A stretch of DNA of 61,615 nucleotides, filler included, from Choristocarpus tenellus KU-1152 (taxonomy: Eukaryota > Protista > Phaeophyceae), in assembly GCA_964200185.2 (NCBI GenBank). It is 12 parts of 12 records of this genome, joined end to end, with 100 filler letters (N's around TTAATTAATTAA, not from the genome) between each part and the next. Parts side by side here need not be neighbours in the genome. Positions count along the whole stretch, not along the records: positions 1 to 9,036 come from CAXNAD020004059.1; positions 9,137 to 11,880 come from CAXNAD020025115.1; positions 11,981 to 15,870 come from CAXNAD020017332.1; 9 more parts are not named here. One strand, given 5' to 3'. The translations under genes were made by a program, and so were the position numbers. Shown in pieces: positions 1 through 13,143 of the stretch. The number at the start of each line of letters is the position of its first letter. Within the stretch, counting starts at the first letter, position 1. Under the pieces are notes generated by a model that was not told where the DNA came from, made no database searches, and saw only the letters and a list, made by a program, of their open reading frames with translations.

Positions 1-699
1 CCCAGATACTTTGGGTCACTTGTCACTGCCCTTGAACGTAAATCCTTGTTTGTCCCAATCTAGCACTGCTCCTAAAGCTGAGATAATTCCCTGTTCCTCA
101 ATGAGAAAGGTTGATTCACTCCAAAGTTTTCAACTATTGAGTCACCAACAAAGGTCTACCGCCCGCTCCGCTTTATATTTAAAATTTGGGTCATGCTGGA
201 ATCTCACAGACCCGACTGAGTATTGCTATCCGTCAAGGAGAGGAGGGAGAGACTGATTGTCACGCTGACTTGGGGAAGGCATTGTAAGACCTTGAGATGA
301 AGGGGAAAATTGTCCTGCGACCAGAGTGTGACGCAGGGTGGTGATGGTGGTGGTGGTGGAGGTAGTGACAGTGGAGGGGGGCGAGTCTTCTTCGACTTCC
401 CTTCTTGTTGAAGTGACACCACTTTCCCCCCCTGAATTTGAGGTAAAGGTAAAAGAAAGTGGATTCTATTGGGTCCATACGTTGCTGCAATAGCGGTCTG
501 TTCACTGCACAAAAACTGCGTCATACCTCATACCCGATGGAATAATGAGTTTTAAAATTAGTCGGTTATACTTCTTGATGAAATTTTATATGTACACTTT
601 TGAGGGGTTTCATGCCTTTTCTGAAAGCTATCCACTTTTATGTGTGGCAAGCTCAAAATGGTGAAACTCAGCTTGAAGTCGACACCTGCTCTGCATGAA

Positions 700-1470
700 T
701 TCTGGATTAATTTGTTAGACTCGTCTTAGTCTTGCATCCACTCCACTCCTCAACCGACGTCACAACACTTCTTCTTTTCCAAATCACCATCCTCACAGAT
801 CTTGTTAACCCACCAACTACTTGGACATTTTCCGCGTATTCACTCAATTCCCTGGTCAATTTCCGCATGTCCACTCCCCCCCAATCCTCCCAAACCGCTC
901 TACATTCATCCATGACACTCCACCTTCTTCCACAAAACTCTGCAATATTCCCTTTTCCTCCACTGCACTCCCCATTCCTCCATGATACTCCAGTTTCCTT
1001 AACAATTCTCTCCATTCCTTCACAACAGTCCACATTAATCGAAGAACACCCACCAATCATCCACTCTCATACCATGGCTTTGAACTAGAAGGCATCTACT
1101 TGCCCAAGCTCGACCCCCCCCCTTCTCAATATCCCACTCAGCCGTGAGCAATCAAGAAAGTGGACGGGTGGGGAAGATTGCTCAGAGGTTGCCATGGGTC
1201 CTGTCTCTCCATGTTCTCCTACCCCAGCCTTTGACTTCGACCATTCGTTCTGTCTTCCATCTCTAATCTTTAATTCTTCTCCTGCCACTCATTTTCCATT
1301 AACTTCTCGATTACCCAATAAACTTTCTGGTCATTCAATATTAAAACTTCAGTTACCCTCTTCACCTTTTCCCTCTTCTATTGCCAAGGTATCAGCATAG
1401 TCTACCTACCACAGAGAATTCTCACGCTCACAAAGTAATATATTCTTTGTAAGTTTTCCCTTCGCCAATA
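700..1470. repeat. Degenerate dispersed repeat (probable retroelement relic) homologous to 30200-30855
   Basis: ctttgaactagaaggcatctacttgcccaagctcgacc (1079) vs ctttgagctagaaggcatctgccctgcccgagcttgacc (30455); agaattctcacgctcacaaa vs agaattcttccgcgcccacaaa. Confidence 0.55.
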
Positions 1471-1480
1471 GGGCGAGTCA

Positions 1481-1743
1481 GAGCCAAAGTATCTTAAAGG
1501 GTAGAGCCGCGTCCATTTGGGCGCCAAAATCCAATGTTGCAATTTTGATGTAATGTTGGCTATCATGTTTGTTAGGAACTATCAATATCCATGTTCCGGA
1601 CACACCTTTTCATAACGTATACATTTTATCTACTCCGAAACATTTTGGAGTAGGAAAATGTCATAGAAGAACCCATGGATGGGAAGGCAAGTCCCAAATA
1701 GACAAACAGGGCAAAACTCGTACCCACTAATATACTTTCACTC
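1481..1743 (+). mobile_element. MITE family A (Sola2-like), full copy
   Basis: ~260 bp; TIR GAGccAAAGTATCTTAGAGGGTA; 4-bp TSD GTCA on both sides. Confidence 0.9.
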
Positions 1744-2700
1744 GTCAGTCAATATGTGGAGACCAACTCATTTGGGTTTGGTACAGGAGAGGGTTGACCC
1801 CCAAAAGTTGTCGCTTTAAAGGACCACCTACTCCTTGTAGTACTAATACTTTTGTGATCCCATCAAATGCACAACCAAACGTTTATGGAGGAAGGGACAT
1901 CTATCATCTCTCGTAGGTGAATTGCCCATTTCTAGTGTTGTTTTTTGATTTCATCTGTGGTCTGGAGGAATCTCTGTGTTGTGGGGAGATAAGGGAATTC
2001 GGAACCGCAAGATACGAAGAGGAATAGTGGAGAAATGAAGGATCATGCATAGATGGAAATCAGTAGGAAGTGGGGGTAGTAATTGGCGTTACAACTTCTT
2101 ACAAACTCTTAGACAAGGTCATAGGTAGGGTTTAAGAGGAAAAATAGGGGGATTTGTTGTTATTATTGTTGGTTTTTGGTCAGTATCGGGGGATAAGGAT
2201 GACCAACTCACCACAGGAGAGCCAGCACTGGAGACAGGTCAATTCATACTCTTACTTAGTGTGGTAGGTAGTCGTAATATTATAGGTGGAAAGATCTAAG
2301 GTCGGTATCTATCAATAGAACAAATTGATAAAGTAGTAAAGCCTAATTCCTATGGTGAAACAAGGTTACCTATTCGTGTATTTCGTTGTGATATCCAGTT
2401 TCTGGTTTTGCTGAACTTTTTTGTTTTGTTAGGAGACCAAATCACTGATTTTCTCCTTTCGGTTATGCGGTTTCATCGAAGGTAAGATTGTTGTTGCGTG
2501 TGGCGTGCAAATTGGTTCCAGATTTAATTTCTTCTCCGTCACGTAGGATCCTAGGAAGTCGGATCAATGGAAGTCCAGCAGTATGCGAGAGGGGAGCACG
2601 TTATTAGTTTGCAAAAGTATAGTTGACGAAGCACCAGCTGGGTCTTGACTGTGTAGAATTGCTGCCCCCCCACAAAGAATTCCGCAAATTTAATAGTTAG

Positions 2701-5700
2701 ATGTTAAGCATCAGTGGCAAGCGTGGGAAGAGAAAGAGATCATATCACCTAGATCAGTTTTCACTTGGCCTTCAGACGTTCCTTGCCGCATCCCTTCTGG
2801 GACTAGCATTGACTCGAAAGGAAAACGTCAACTATGGAGGAGGTTGTCCTTCGGCGTGCAGTGGCCGGGGCTATTGTACAGACAGCAAGACGGAGACATG
2901 TACCTGTTTTGAGGGATGGACTGGCGGAGACTGCTCCCTACGTAAGTGTCCTCAGTTTACGATAATCTCTTGTCTCCTCCATTGAGCAGGTCTTGTTGTG
3001 CGGCATGCAGTAGCGTATACTCACACTTTCCCGACACTGCTCACCACCAGCGAATCTTTCGCACACGTCTCAGGCCTCTGCCCGAGCAGCTTCGCGTGGG
3101 TGGACTATGCTACCGCCAATGACACAGCCCACGCCTCATACACTGAGTGTTCCAACATGGGAATATGTGACCGTTCAACTGGGATTTGCACTTGTCGGGC
3201 CGGGTTCACTGGAGAGGCATGTCAACGCCTTGAATGCCCATCAGATTGCAATGGACGAGGGCGTTGTATGTCTATGAGAGAGGCTGCGGTGACTATTGAT
3301 GGTGACAAGCTTTTCTATGATGCTGAATATGAGGAGTGGGATGCTGACATGATTCATGGCTGCGTTTGTGACTCTGGTTGGGAGGGCTACGACTGCTCCA
3401 TGCGGTACGTGTGGAGTAGGGAACAAAGAGGATGTTGTTGGAGTTTTGTTGCTTTGATATTTTTGTGCCAATGCACTTTCCAAAGAGGGAGATGAAAGTA
3501 AAAGAGGACATGAGGAGGAGATACAGATACATGATGCAGCTTTGGACGGCAGTCCAAGTACCCTTGATGGTCTGTGGCATGTGGTACAGCATTTCTTCTA
3601 CTATTTGAGGCCTACCTTATTCCTTCCAATCGAACTTACAAAGTACAGTTTCAGGAGATATGGTCACGCTTATTTAATACTACGAGAGCTCGTAGTAAAA
3701 AAGTAGCTCTACATTTTTTAAATGGTTCATTTAGTAAGGGCAAATGTCACAACTGGTTCGTGTTAGTAGCTAGGGTGGTCAGGCATCGTCCGCGGAAATG
3801 TTTGTTCTCTGGCTTCAAGACGGTGAGGTTGTCCTTGTTTATACTATTTGGAGTGCATCAAATGAACTAATGCTTTTTTGCCTCCTGAGTACAAATTTGT
3901 TTGAAACAAGAAATTGCCCATATTTCTTGAGAAGTTTGATTACGAAAATTTACAAGTTTAGGTTCTTAGATATGAACTAGTCTGAGTTTGAAGCTTTGCC
4001 CTTGCTGGTTCATCCTACCTCCCCAACTCCACAGGTCGTGCCCCACTGGTGTGGATCCTTATCCTACAGCTGTTGGGGTTGATGAGGAGCAACTGATGGA
4101 CTGTACATGCCCATCCACATGTTCAGGGACACTATTGTTATCTTTCATGGGCCACACAACACGACCCATCCCTTATGATGCTTCAGCAGAGCTTTTAAAG
4201 TACAGACTGGAGGTGCGATGTTTTATCATCCTGTCTAACTAACTGCTGGTGGACTTCAAAACCCACTCGAGACATACCATTTTATATTACCCCCCCCTCA
4301 TGGTCACAAGTGACACTGAGAATGCTTTTGTAAAATATAATGTGAACAAGATATGCTCTGTGAAATCAGACCCTTCTTGGGCCTCCTATCATCAACCAAA
4401 GTTACTTCTCCTATTGAATCCCAAAATATGTATGGATCTGTACTATGTACTCACAATGCAACTCTTTTGTGTTGCCTATGATTTGACCCTCTGTGACACA
4501 TACCTGCTACATCCGGTGGTGTGTGTTGCAACCCAGCAAAACAATATTGTCTATGAAATATATGTTCCATACTGGGCACCTGCAAACTTTAAGGTTCCCT
4601 ATCATTTTGAGGGCATAGATTAATGTTCCATGTAGGTCCACAGAACCGTTGAGTAGTCACCAATAAACACGGTCTGTTACAATGAAAGTGGTTGAAACAC
4701 CATCCCATCTTCATGTTTATATTCCAATCACTATTTAAGTCCCTTAAGGCTGCTCTCTATTCCTTCCCTGCAGGAGCTTTTCACGGTTGAGGAAGTCTCA
4801 GTGAACTTCTCTGAGTCCAAGTCAATTCTATGTGACAGTGGTGGTACCACTACCAGTATCACATTCCTTCTGCAGCACGGTTCCCTGTTCAACATGACGC
4901 ATGACATATCCAGCCTGTCCTCAACAGGAGGTTTACCCTACTTGGAAATTTTCACGAAGGGACACGTAAGTTGGTATCTACTTTAAAGCAAGGAAAGTTG
5001 CCTTAGAGCGGGATGCCAGGACCAGGTCATAACCTGTGCTTGCCGGAAGCAGGACTATGTTTTTGTGCAGCACGAGGAGAATTTTTTCCCTGTTGATGAG
5101 ATAAAAGATTACAGCAACTTAGACCAGGCACTGCTTTCCAAGGTAGCCTCTCCAATGGGCATTATATCCTGTCAAGGTTGAACTCCACTATCACCCTTTT
5201 ATGAACTCCAGTGCATGATTGAACAGGAAAAATAGTCACACACACCAACACACCTGTATTTGTTTCCTTCCCCTTATCATCTTACTCACTCCATCACAGA
5301 ATAGTATACTCAGCCCATACATATCAAGCAAGGAAGGCACCAAAGTTGTGGAAGAATGTTCGGGGCGCGGATATTGTAACCGCTTGAGTGGGCACTGTCT
5401 CTGCTACTCCAAATTTCTTAGCTCAAATGGAAAGGGTGGACCAGGAAGTCTTGGAGACTGCGGCTACTATGATGCTTCAGACCCACCCACAAATTGCACA
5501 TCAGCGCTCCCCTTATGGGGAAGAACCTCTGCCATGTGTAGTGGTGAGGATCTGGACCACTGCAACAGAAATTTAAACCTGATGACAAGAGTTTGCACAA
5601 CCATACAGGGCGACAAAAATCGTTTGCATGACATGCCTTGGTCTTCATTTATGAGGAAGTATTGGGTGTACACCTGCAGAATGGATCTGTTTCAAATAAA

Positions 5701-7757
5701 GAACAAACTTTTGTGGCTCTAAGTATCTGGGGGGGTGACTGCTGTTCATTTGGGTAAATGTTTTCATGTCACGATATTTGTATGATTTGGTTGCATACGT
5801 CGGATGGATAATGAAAGTTCACTTTTCCTGGTTTTGGTCCAAATGGACACCCTGGTGTAGACCCCCCCCCCGAGATACTTTGGGTATGTGAGCACTCATA
5901 TTGAGCAGAGTCTCCTGTGGAGATTTCTTTATCCTCCTACCATTCATTGCTGAGTTGCTCTAGCTGCAATCTTGCAGGTGTTGGGGGATGCAATGCGACC
6001 GATTTTCACTGCAACTGCACATCATCTTATTCAGGTGGTGCATGTGAACTCAAGGTAGGTGTGTAGAAACTTGGTGTGTTGTAACAAAGAAACTCGCTGA
6101 ATCGAAGAGCTCATAATGGGGATGAAATTAGAAAATTTTGACATCAGATCAAGCCAAGTGCGGTGTGCTTTGTGTGCTGAACCAAGAGTTGTGCTTCCTT
6201 TTGGTATTGTCTAGCATATCAACTCAAAACAATGGAAATACCCAAAATTACTCACTCCAAACTCTATCCAGAGCTGTGAGGTGGGTGTAGCATGGTTTGA
6301 AGAAGCCACCTCCAACACCACGGGGCGATCAGGGGGTGCTGTCCAGTGCTCTGGTGCAGGAGTTTGTGATGAATCGTCTGGAGAGTGTACATGCTGGAAA
6401 GGTGCTTTTGGCGGGGATGCCTGTGAGCTAATGGATTGCCCCTCCTGTGGAGACCATGGAGAGTGTCACAACATGTCTGACTTTGCTGCGGTGAGAGTTG
6501 TAAGAGTTGTGCAATCTAGGCCTGATCTCCTTGTGCACGTGGTTGTGCTACTCCCCGATTGGATTCCCTACAACCTCTGCCATCTTTTTTCCTACACTAG
6601 TCTCAAGGTACAGCAGCACGAGATACATCAAGTGGTGTCGAGGAAGGAAGGCAGTATTGTTTTCCCTGACTCCCACGGTTGTTATCATGACAAGAACCCA
6701 TATTTGGTGGCAAAACCGTACTATGTGAAGCGTTGCCTACAAGTTTAGTACACCATCTACCTCCCCACCAGGCAGAGCGAACTCCTTCACTAGAAATGCG
6801 GTGGGAGATCAAGAGATTTGCAGCATACTTCGCATTATGTAGTCCTTGTCCTTAATGTATCACCCTTGCTATCTTGCATGCAGCACTTTGACATATTAGG
6901 CGGGGTGTAGGGGCATGAGAGAGAGAGAGAGAGAGAGGACAGACTGAGCTCATTTTGTAGATGGCAAAGGTTCCCTCAAGAACAGCACAGAGTGCGAGTC
7001 GACGAACACTAAAGTGCATGTACTCTTGCGCGGTTCAGAGTTTCACCCAAGATATAAAGATTTATTGCCTCGATTCTATGTCGTGAATTTTCTCCCCTTG
7101 TTAAATAATACTGCTGATATAATTTTGTTTCAAGAGTGCTATGGCACATCTCTAGAACAGTGAGTTGATATCACTCTTTCTCCCATTCTATCTCAAAATG
7201 GTATCAAATGTAAACCCACTAGATGGCAAGAGTCAACGGGGAGGTGCAAGGATTTAGCTACAGTCTCTGGGATGCAGACAAGATTCGGTCCTGCATGTGC
7301 AACAGGAGTCTAGCAGTGGATAATTCTCTCTCAGGCACCTCGGATACATACCGTGGACCGTACTCATACTCCGATACAGATTGGTTTGGGTATGATTGCA
7401 ACCTTGGGAGGTGTGTGAACGTTGATGCATGCTGACTCTAGCATGCACCAGAGGAGCACAATGTTGCTTTGTCTCCGACTGCCTTGTTTGTAATGAACTG
7501 AAGCCTTGGTCTTGAGTCAAGCTTATGAGGAAAGTAATATGCTACAGATATGTTAGTGCTACCTTGCTTACTCTGTTACCCAACAGGTGTCCCACAGGGG
7601 ATAACCGCTTCACATCTGGTGTGACAGACATTCAGCGTGTCAACTGCACTGGACATGTGGGAGTCTTCACTCTCACTTTCCGCGACTCTACTACAGAGGA
7701 GCTGACATATGGTATACTTGCATCACAACTTGAGATTGCCTTGGAAAGCATTCCCAT
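2701..7757 (+). CDS. Multi-exon EGF/tenascin-like secreted protein of the stramenopile tubular mastigoneme (Sig1/Ocm1-like) family; 3' incomplete
   Basis: Nine phase-consistent GT-AG exons: 2701-2941, 3074-3404, 4035-4212, 4774-4965, 5300-5543, 5978-6054, 6272-6490, 7223-7410, 7587-7757 (~613 codons). N-terminal hydrophobic segment, EGF repeats (CPSACSGRGYC, ECSNMGICDRSTGICTC, ECSGRGYCNRLSGHCLC) and family motifs CPxxxAWVD..AH..ECS and WDADxI.xCxC..GYDC..RxCPTGxD, present twice. No stop before the contig ends at 9036. Confidence 0.88.
5715..5886 (+). mobile_element. MITE family B (~170 bp, poly-G/poly-C TIRs), intronic
   Basis: TIR (GAC)TCAAAGTATCTGGGGGG / CCCCC(C)GAGATACTTTGGGT; internal sequence shared with copies at 31771, 38964 and 46061. 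Confidence 0.85.
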
Positions 7758-8757
7758 GTATGTCTATCAACAATTATTTCCCTCCTACTTGAAGAGTGTC
7801 TTAGGGCTAACGTCTAAGATGTTGTAATTCCTCAAAATTTGATTTTCTAGGTGTGTGCATAATTGTGCGTTTTTTTTGTCTGTCTTCAGAGAGCCAAAAT
7901 AAACAAGAGGTATCCAGATTTTGGTTCCTTGCATTTAAGTCGCTTCTTTAATATTTTCCAATTTTCCCTTATTTCTATAAAGTGCTAATATTGGCTTGAG
8001 GGATATGAATTCTCTGTTTGAAAATTATTGGCACAATTTTTTAATATCCCCTTACACGTTTGCAAACTGGTCAGGAAAAGGCAACGCGGCCCTGGGTACC
8101 TCCGGTTTATTTTGACTCAAAGGTGTACCCAGCAATACTGTGTGCAGTCCATAAATATTACTACTTTTTCATTATTGATATCGATAACACCCTTCGTGAG
8201 GAGGTGGTGTTGGCAAATCTGTTAAGTAGAGAATTTGAAAAAAGCTGTACCTTGAGGGAGTGTTAACAGTTTTTTCTTTACAAATGAGGTATTTCATCTT
8301 CAGCATCGACTGCAGATAGTCGACAGGCATCATTTCCCAACAGTTTGTGAAATAATATGTTGTTAGGCCTCTAGTGTGATTTGCTATTTGTATGAAAAAA
8401 ATGACACTCCACTATAATAATATCCTGATTGTTTGTGGAGAAATCGGAAACGCGAGTGAAATAAGAATGTGTGACACTGCAGCTACCTACCCTATTATTT
8501 ACTGTCTCTGAAATCGCAAAAGGCTCGAGTTTTTTTGTTTGTTGTGGAGATCACTCTTGCAAAATTAACTATGTTTCTGATTTCTCCACTCCAAACATGG
8601 ACATGCACAAAATTGGAACACCAAAGTTTTGCATGAGCATTCAAGTACTTCAAGTGTGACAAGTTGGTCCCCCCTCCCTATGCACCCCTCTGCTCTGCCA
8701 AGAACTATACTGATTGTTTTGGCCTTGGTCACTACCGTGAACTAGGCCCCAGTAGTC

Positions 8758-9014
8758 GAACCAAACTATCTTAGAGGGTATAGTCGCGTCCATTTGGGGA
8801 TTAAAATTCGATGTTGCAATATTGATGTAATTTTGGCTATTGTGTTTGCAAGGAAGTGTCAATATCTATGTTTCAGACACACCTTTTCACAGCATATACA
8901 TTTTACTTACTCCGAAACATTTTGGAGTAGGAAAATGTAATAAAAACCCCATGGGATTCAAGCCCCAAATGGACAAACAGGGCAAAACTCGTACCCTCTA
9001 AGATACTTTGACCC
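8758..9014 (+). mobile_element. MITE family A copy fused at its end to a family B terminus
   Basis: Full-length match to family A; ends agatactttGACCC overlapping gacccaaagtatctgggg. Confidence 0.88.
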
Positions 9015-9036
9015 AAAGTATCTGGGGGGGGGGGAG

Positions 9037-9136
9037 NNNNNNNNNNNNNNNNNNNNNNNNNNNNNNNNNNNNNNNNNNNNTTAATTAATTAANNNNNNNN
9101 NNNNNNNNNNNNNNNNNNNNNNNNNNNNNNNNNNNN
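9037..9136. other. Artificial contig-joining spacer (N44-TTAATTAATTAA-N44); identical spacers at 11881, 15871, 19364, 25690, 31939, 36967, 40883, 46251, 51904 and 56192
   Basis: Identical 100-bp structure each time; TTAATTAATTAA places stop codons in all six frames. Confidence 0.97.
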
Positions 9137-9196
9137 CGACATGTAAAAATTGACCTCAAATGGACAGCTGCCACCCCCTCCCAGATACTTTGAACC
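9137..9196 (-). mobile_element. MITE family B terminal fragment (other fragments at 1-17, 9010-9036, ~19204-19292, 32039-32099, 40983-41002)
   Basis: caaatggacagctgccaccccctcccagatactttgaacc, or the agatactttg-type terminus after poly-C. Confidence 0.75.
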
Positions 9197-11412
9197 AGAG
9201 TATTCTCTGCAGCTCCATAAATCTTTGTGCAAGGGTACAGCCCATTACCTGCTTCTTGAGTCCCTTCTGGGCCTGCACCTCTGCCACCTTGAGAACTTTC
9301 TCTGCGGCCTGAAGAAAATTCCGAAGAGCAGCGTATACAATATATGAAAGAGTGAAGGCGGCAATTGAGAGGGTTGAAAGGGTGAAATGAATCACCATCA
9401 TCCTCACAAAATGTCAAAACACTAAAGTTAGGTTAGGGTTAGGGCTAGAGTCAGGGTTAGGCCAAGGCATTGAGTTATTGCACTACTTCCAACAATACTG
9501 TAATTGAGACATTAAGTTCAAAACCCCTGATTGATCCAGTAATTAACAAAACGTAAAAATATATCAATGTTATGTTACTTTTCACGTCACAATCCCCATT
9601 TTTATGATAATTGTCAAACTCGATTTTTTCACAGCTGATACTGAAATCACCGCCCCATGCCAAAACCATATGTGGGATTGGAGGGGGGTCACCTCCACCT
9701 CCAGTACTAGGGTGTTTCAAAACCTCCGTTTCCACCGTTCTTGTCTTGTGGTGCACTGAACAAATTGCTGTGCAGCTCCAAAACAAGCTCTGGAATAGTC
9801 CAAGAGATGCATGAGAGCTCCAAGGTCTGTCCTCTGTGTCGGTAGAGTAGTCCCCGGCTTGCCAAATTTCACACCCACTTGATTCATTTCGCTCCATGTC
9901 AGGTTACATTACAACTTCCAATCAATGAGCGTCCGGTAGGATGTGAAATATGTTGCAGAGGTGATAGTGCTGATCACCTCAATGAGAGCATGCTTCAATG
10001 CTCAAGGAGACCGAGAATAATGTGTGGGAGAGGAGAGGCAGCTGACACTGTATGCCTAGCAACAGTGCCACCTCTGAGATAGACTGTTCTACAACATACG
10101 GCTTCAACTTGAGCTTTGTTCAAGTTCGCGCTTCGATTCCTTAACCAAGAGGGCATTGATCAAGCTCACAGGATCGCTTGGGGGCGCTAGGGGCATCAAG
10201 ATCCATTGTGGGATTGAAGGAAGCTGCTGACTACCATCTATGACCAGCAGCCTACAAGCAGCATAGCGGTGCTTTCGTTTCGTTCCATTCTTTCAATTTT
10301 TGTTCATCGCCAATTGAATTGGGAAGTTCTGGAATGATGTTGGAGGATTAGCAAATCTCCTCCATCTGCACCCCCCTTCCCCCCCCCCCTTTGTGGAGGG
10401 GAGATTACTGCAGGCACAGTTAGGGTTAGGGTTTGTATTCAGCACCATTCCACTCCATTCTAAGTAAGCAGAACAAATAGAGCGAGGTCAGAATAAATAT
10501 ATACTTGTGCGTCGATGAATTTGTTCTACCGATCAAGACGAAGCCACCTTGATATATAATTCCGAAATTTGGAAAATTGAGCGCGCAAGCCTGGCTCTTG
10601 TCATGAGATTATGTACTATCCTTAATTTCCCCTACGTGCACAACCATGGAATCATTTGACAGGAGGACGTATTGTTGTGGACAAATTTACAAGTGGAGTA
10701 CAACTAGTGGTGCCAATAACAAGTTTCCAAAGTAAAACTGGAACATCATGGCGATCTGGGAGAGAGGTACAGTGTGTACATGGGTGAGTCACGATGATAG
10801 AAAAATGATGGTATCCAAACTTTTACGATAAGAGTACAAAAGACATGAATGACGATGACTTGAAAGGATTCGTTTAAGATACTACTTAATGCTTGTAGAC
10901 ACTCAGTCAATACTTGCGGTTCATTTTATTGTCAGTTAGTGTCAATCTATTTGACATTTTCATTTGTACAAAAAACGTTGTCTTAGACTCAAAGAATCTC
11001 TTCAAGGGGGGGGTGTTTAGACTAGGTTGTCCACTACGAGGCTTGATGGGGTGTTGTAAGATACCCAAGTTTGTTGCTTGTTTAGCAAGTGATTCCATTA
11101 GGATTTGGTTCAGGCACAGGAGTGGTAAAGGAAGGTGTGTTGAGATGAAGGAAATTGCCCTTATATCTGACACGTTCACTCAGATAGCATGAAAATAACT
11201 ACAGGTTCAAGCAGGCCCCGAATGGATACATGAACCACCTTCTACGATACTATGAGTCTTACGCACAAGTCCTTAGGAAGAAACTTCAACTTCAGGATAC
11301 AACTCCATATGACCATAGGCCTCGAGATAACTATGTGTGCACACTTGCCAAGTACAGCCTCCAAGAATTGTGAAAAAATGAAGAGAACTATCATGAGACG
11401 GACAAAAGATAT

Positions 11413-11683
11413 GAGTCAAAGTATCTTAGAGGGTAGTGCCGTGTCCATTGGGGGGTCAAATTCGAATGTTGCAATTTTGAAGTAATTTTGATGTAATTTT
11501 GACTATCATGTTTGTTTGGAGATGTCAATATCCGTGTTCTGGACACTCCTTTTCATAATGTAAACATTTTACCAACTCTGAAACATTTTGGAGTAGGTAA
11601 AATGTCGTTGAAAACCCGTGGAAAGCCAAGGCCTAAATGGACAAAACAGGGAAAAATCCATACCCTCTAAGATACTTTTACTC
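11413..11683 (+). mobile_element. MITE family A, diverged copy
   Basis: Both TIRs present; small internal duplication; TSD degenerate (atat/tata). Confidence 0.88.
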
Positions 11684-12082
11684 TATAATTCAGCAACCTG
11701 CAGGAAAAGAAACAGACAGGCAGTATCAGCTTCAAAGTAGATAGTGAACATCGAACCCAAAAAATATTACGATACAACATTTTCATATACCCTGTCTACC
11801 TCTCTACATTTTCTTGTCCCTCCACTCCCTCTATAGCACCCTTTCTCAAACATTCATACCCCCTGCGATGGTCTCTAGTGNNNNNNNNNNNNNNNNNNNN
11901 NNNNNNNNNNNNNNNNNNNNNNNNTTAATTAATTAANNNNNNNNNNNNNNNNNNNNNNNNNNNNNNNNNNNNNNNNNNNNATTTACAAAAAAAAACATAT
12001 CGACACTTTTTCCCGGTCAATTTTGGGTCAAAACCATCCTCAATAGCACGCTCCATCCTCAATTTTTAAAATCCCCTGTTAT

Positions 12083-12397
12083 ATGCCCGTTGACAGACCA
12101 TTTCAACATGTTGCTATTGATTTGGTAGAGTACAAGACACATTTCCCAGCAGAAAATGGTGTGATGTGCTTGTGTGTGTTGTCTGCCATTTATCACCGCA
12201 CTCGTTTTGTTGTGCTGAGCCCTGTTCCAAATAAAGAGGTCGCAACAATTGCTTGTACGCTGGTAGAACCTGTCTTTTCATTTTTGGTTCAACTAAGTTG
12301 TTACAGTCCAATCAAAAGGGATCAAATTTGAAAACATTATCGTTGCAGAGTTGCGGTCTGTCTTTGGTCACAATAAAACCAAAACCACACCTTATCA
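12083..12397 (+). pseudogene. Ty3/Gypsy integrase core, 5' half
   Basis: PFQHVAIDLV...TRFVVLSPVPNKEVATIA..LVE.VF..FG....QS...FEN.....KTKTTPYH, interrupted exactly at the LTR. Confidence 0.8.
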
Positions 12398-13143
12398 TGT
12401 TCGTAGATAGTGCTGCTGATGCACTATATACAGCACCGGTGGATTATGTAATAGGATGGAGAGCCAGTGACAGATATATCATATGTCCTGACTTATAGTG
12501 TCCGTTGATTTCTGTGTTATGTTCAAGATATACGTACTATATACCTAAAAGAAGGAAATGAGTGATCATAGTAAAGTAGTGTGGACGATCGCAAAACCCA
12601 CACTATATTTCAACACGCTCGAGATTCGGTTGGGGAGAAGGAGTTGTATTTGATACCATATGCACTCCCTCCTTAACCCGATCGAATCTCGAGCGTGTTG
12701 AAATATTCCACACTGGACCCGCGGCTTTGGTGCTTTGATGATGAAGGACAATGAATAGCTTAATGTAGATATCCAATATTAGTGTTACAAGAGGCTTATG
12801 GTAAGTCTGTCAAAGAAGTGGAAGGCATGGTTGTTGCGAGGTACAAGGACCTGCAAGCGATCATATCTTCCACTTCATTGGCAGACTTGATTTCCCAAAA
12901 TTCAACAAAGCTCTTGACTTGGGAGTAGTTCTCCCCAAGCTTATTAAGAATAGTGGCCACCTTAGTCTCCTCTGCGATTACCTCCCTTATGGACTCCAGT
13001 CTCGTTGTCAGCCTTGATAATTCAGTAAGCCCTGGCGAAGGGTCCTTTTTGTCGATCAGCACAACGTCCTTTTTGTGGACCGATTGTTCCTGGGACGTTG
13101 TGCTGATCGACAAGGCTAGTAGTAAGCAATTGTAGTATACGAG

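Noticed and set aside
9010-9196. A single MITE B copy spanning the first gap, implying true contig adjacency
   Set aside because: Orientation is compatible but the flanks show no matching TSD or continuation of the A terminus.
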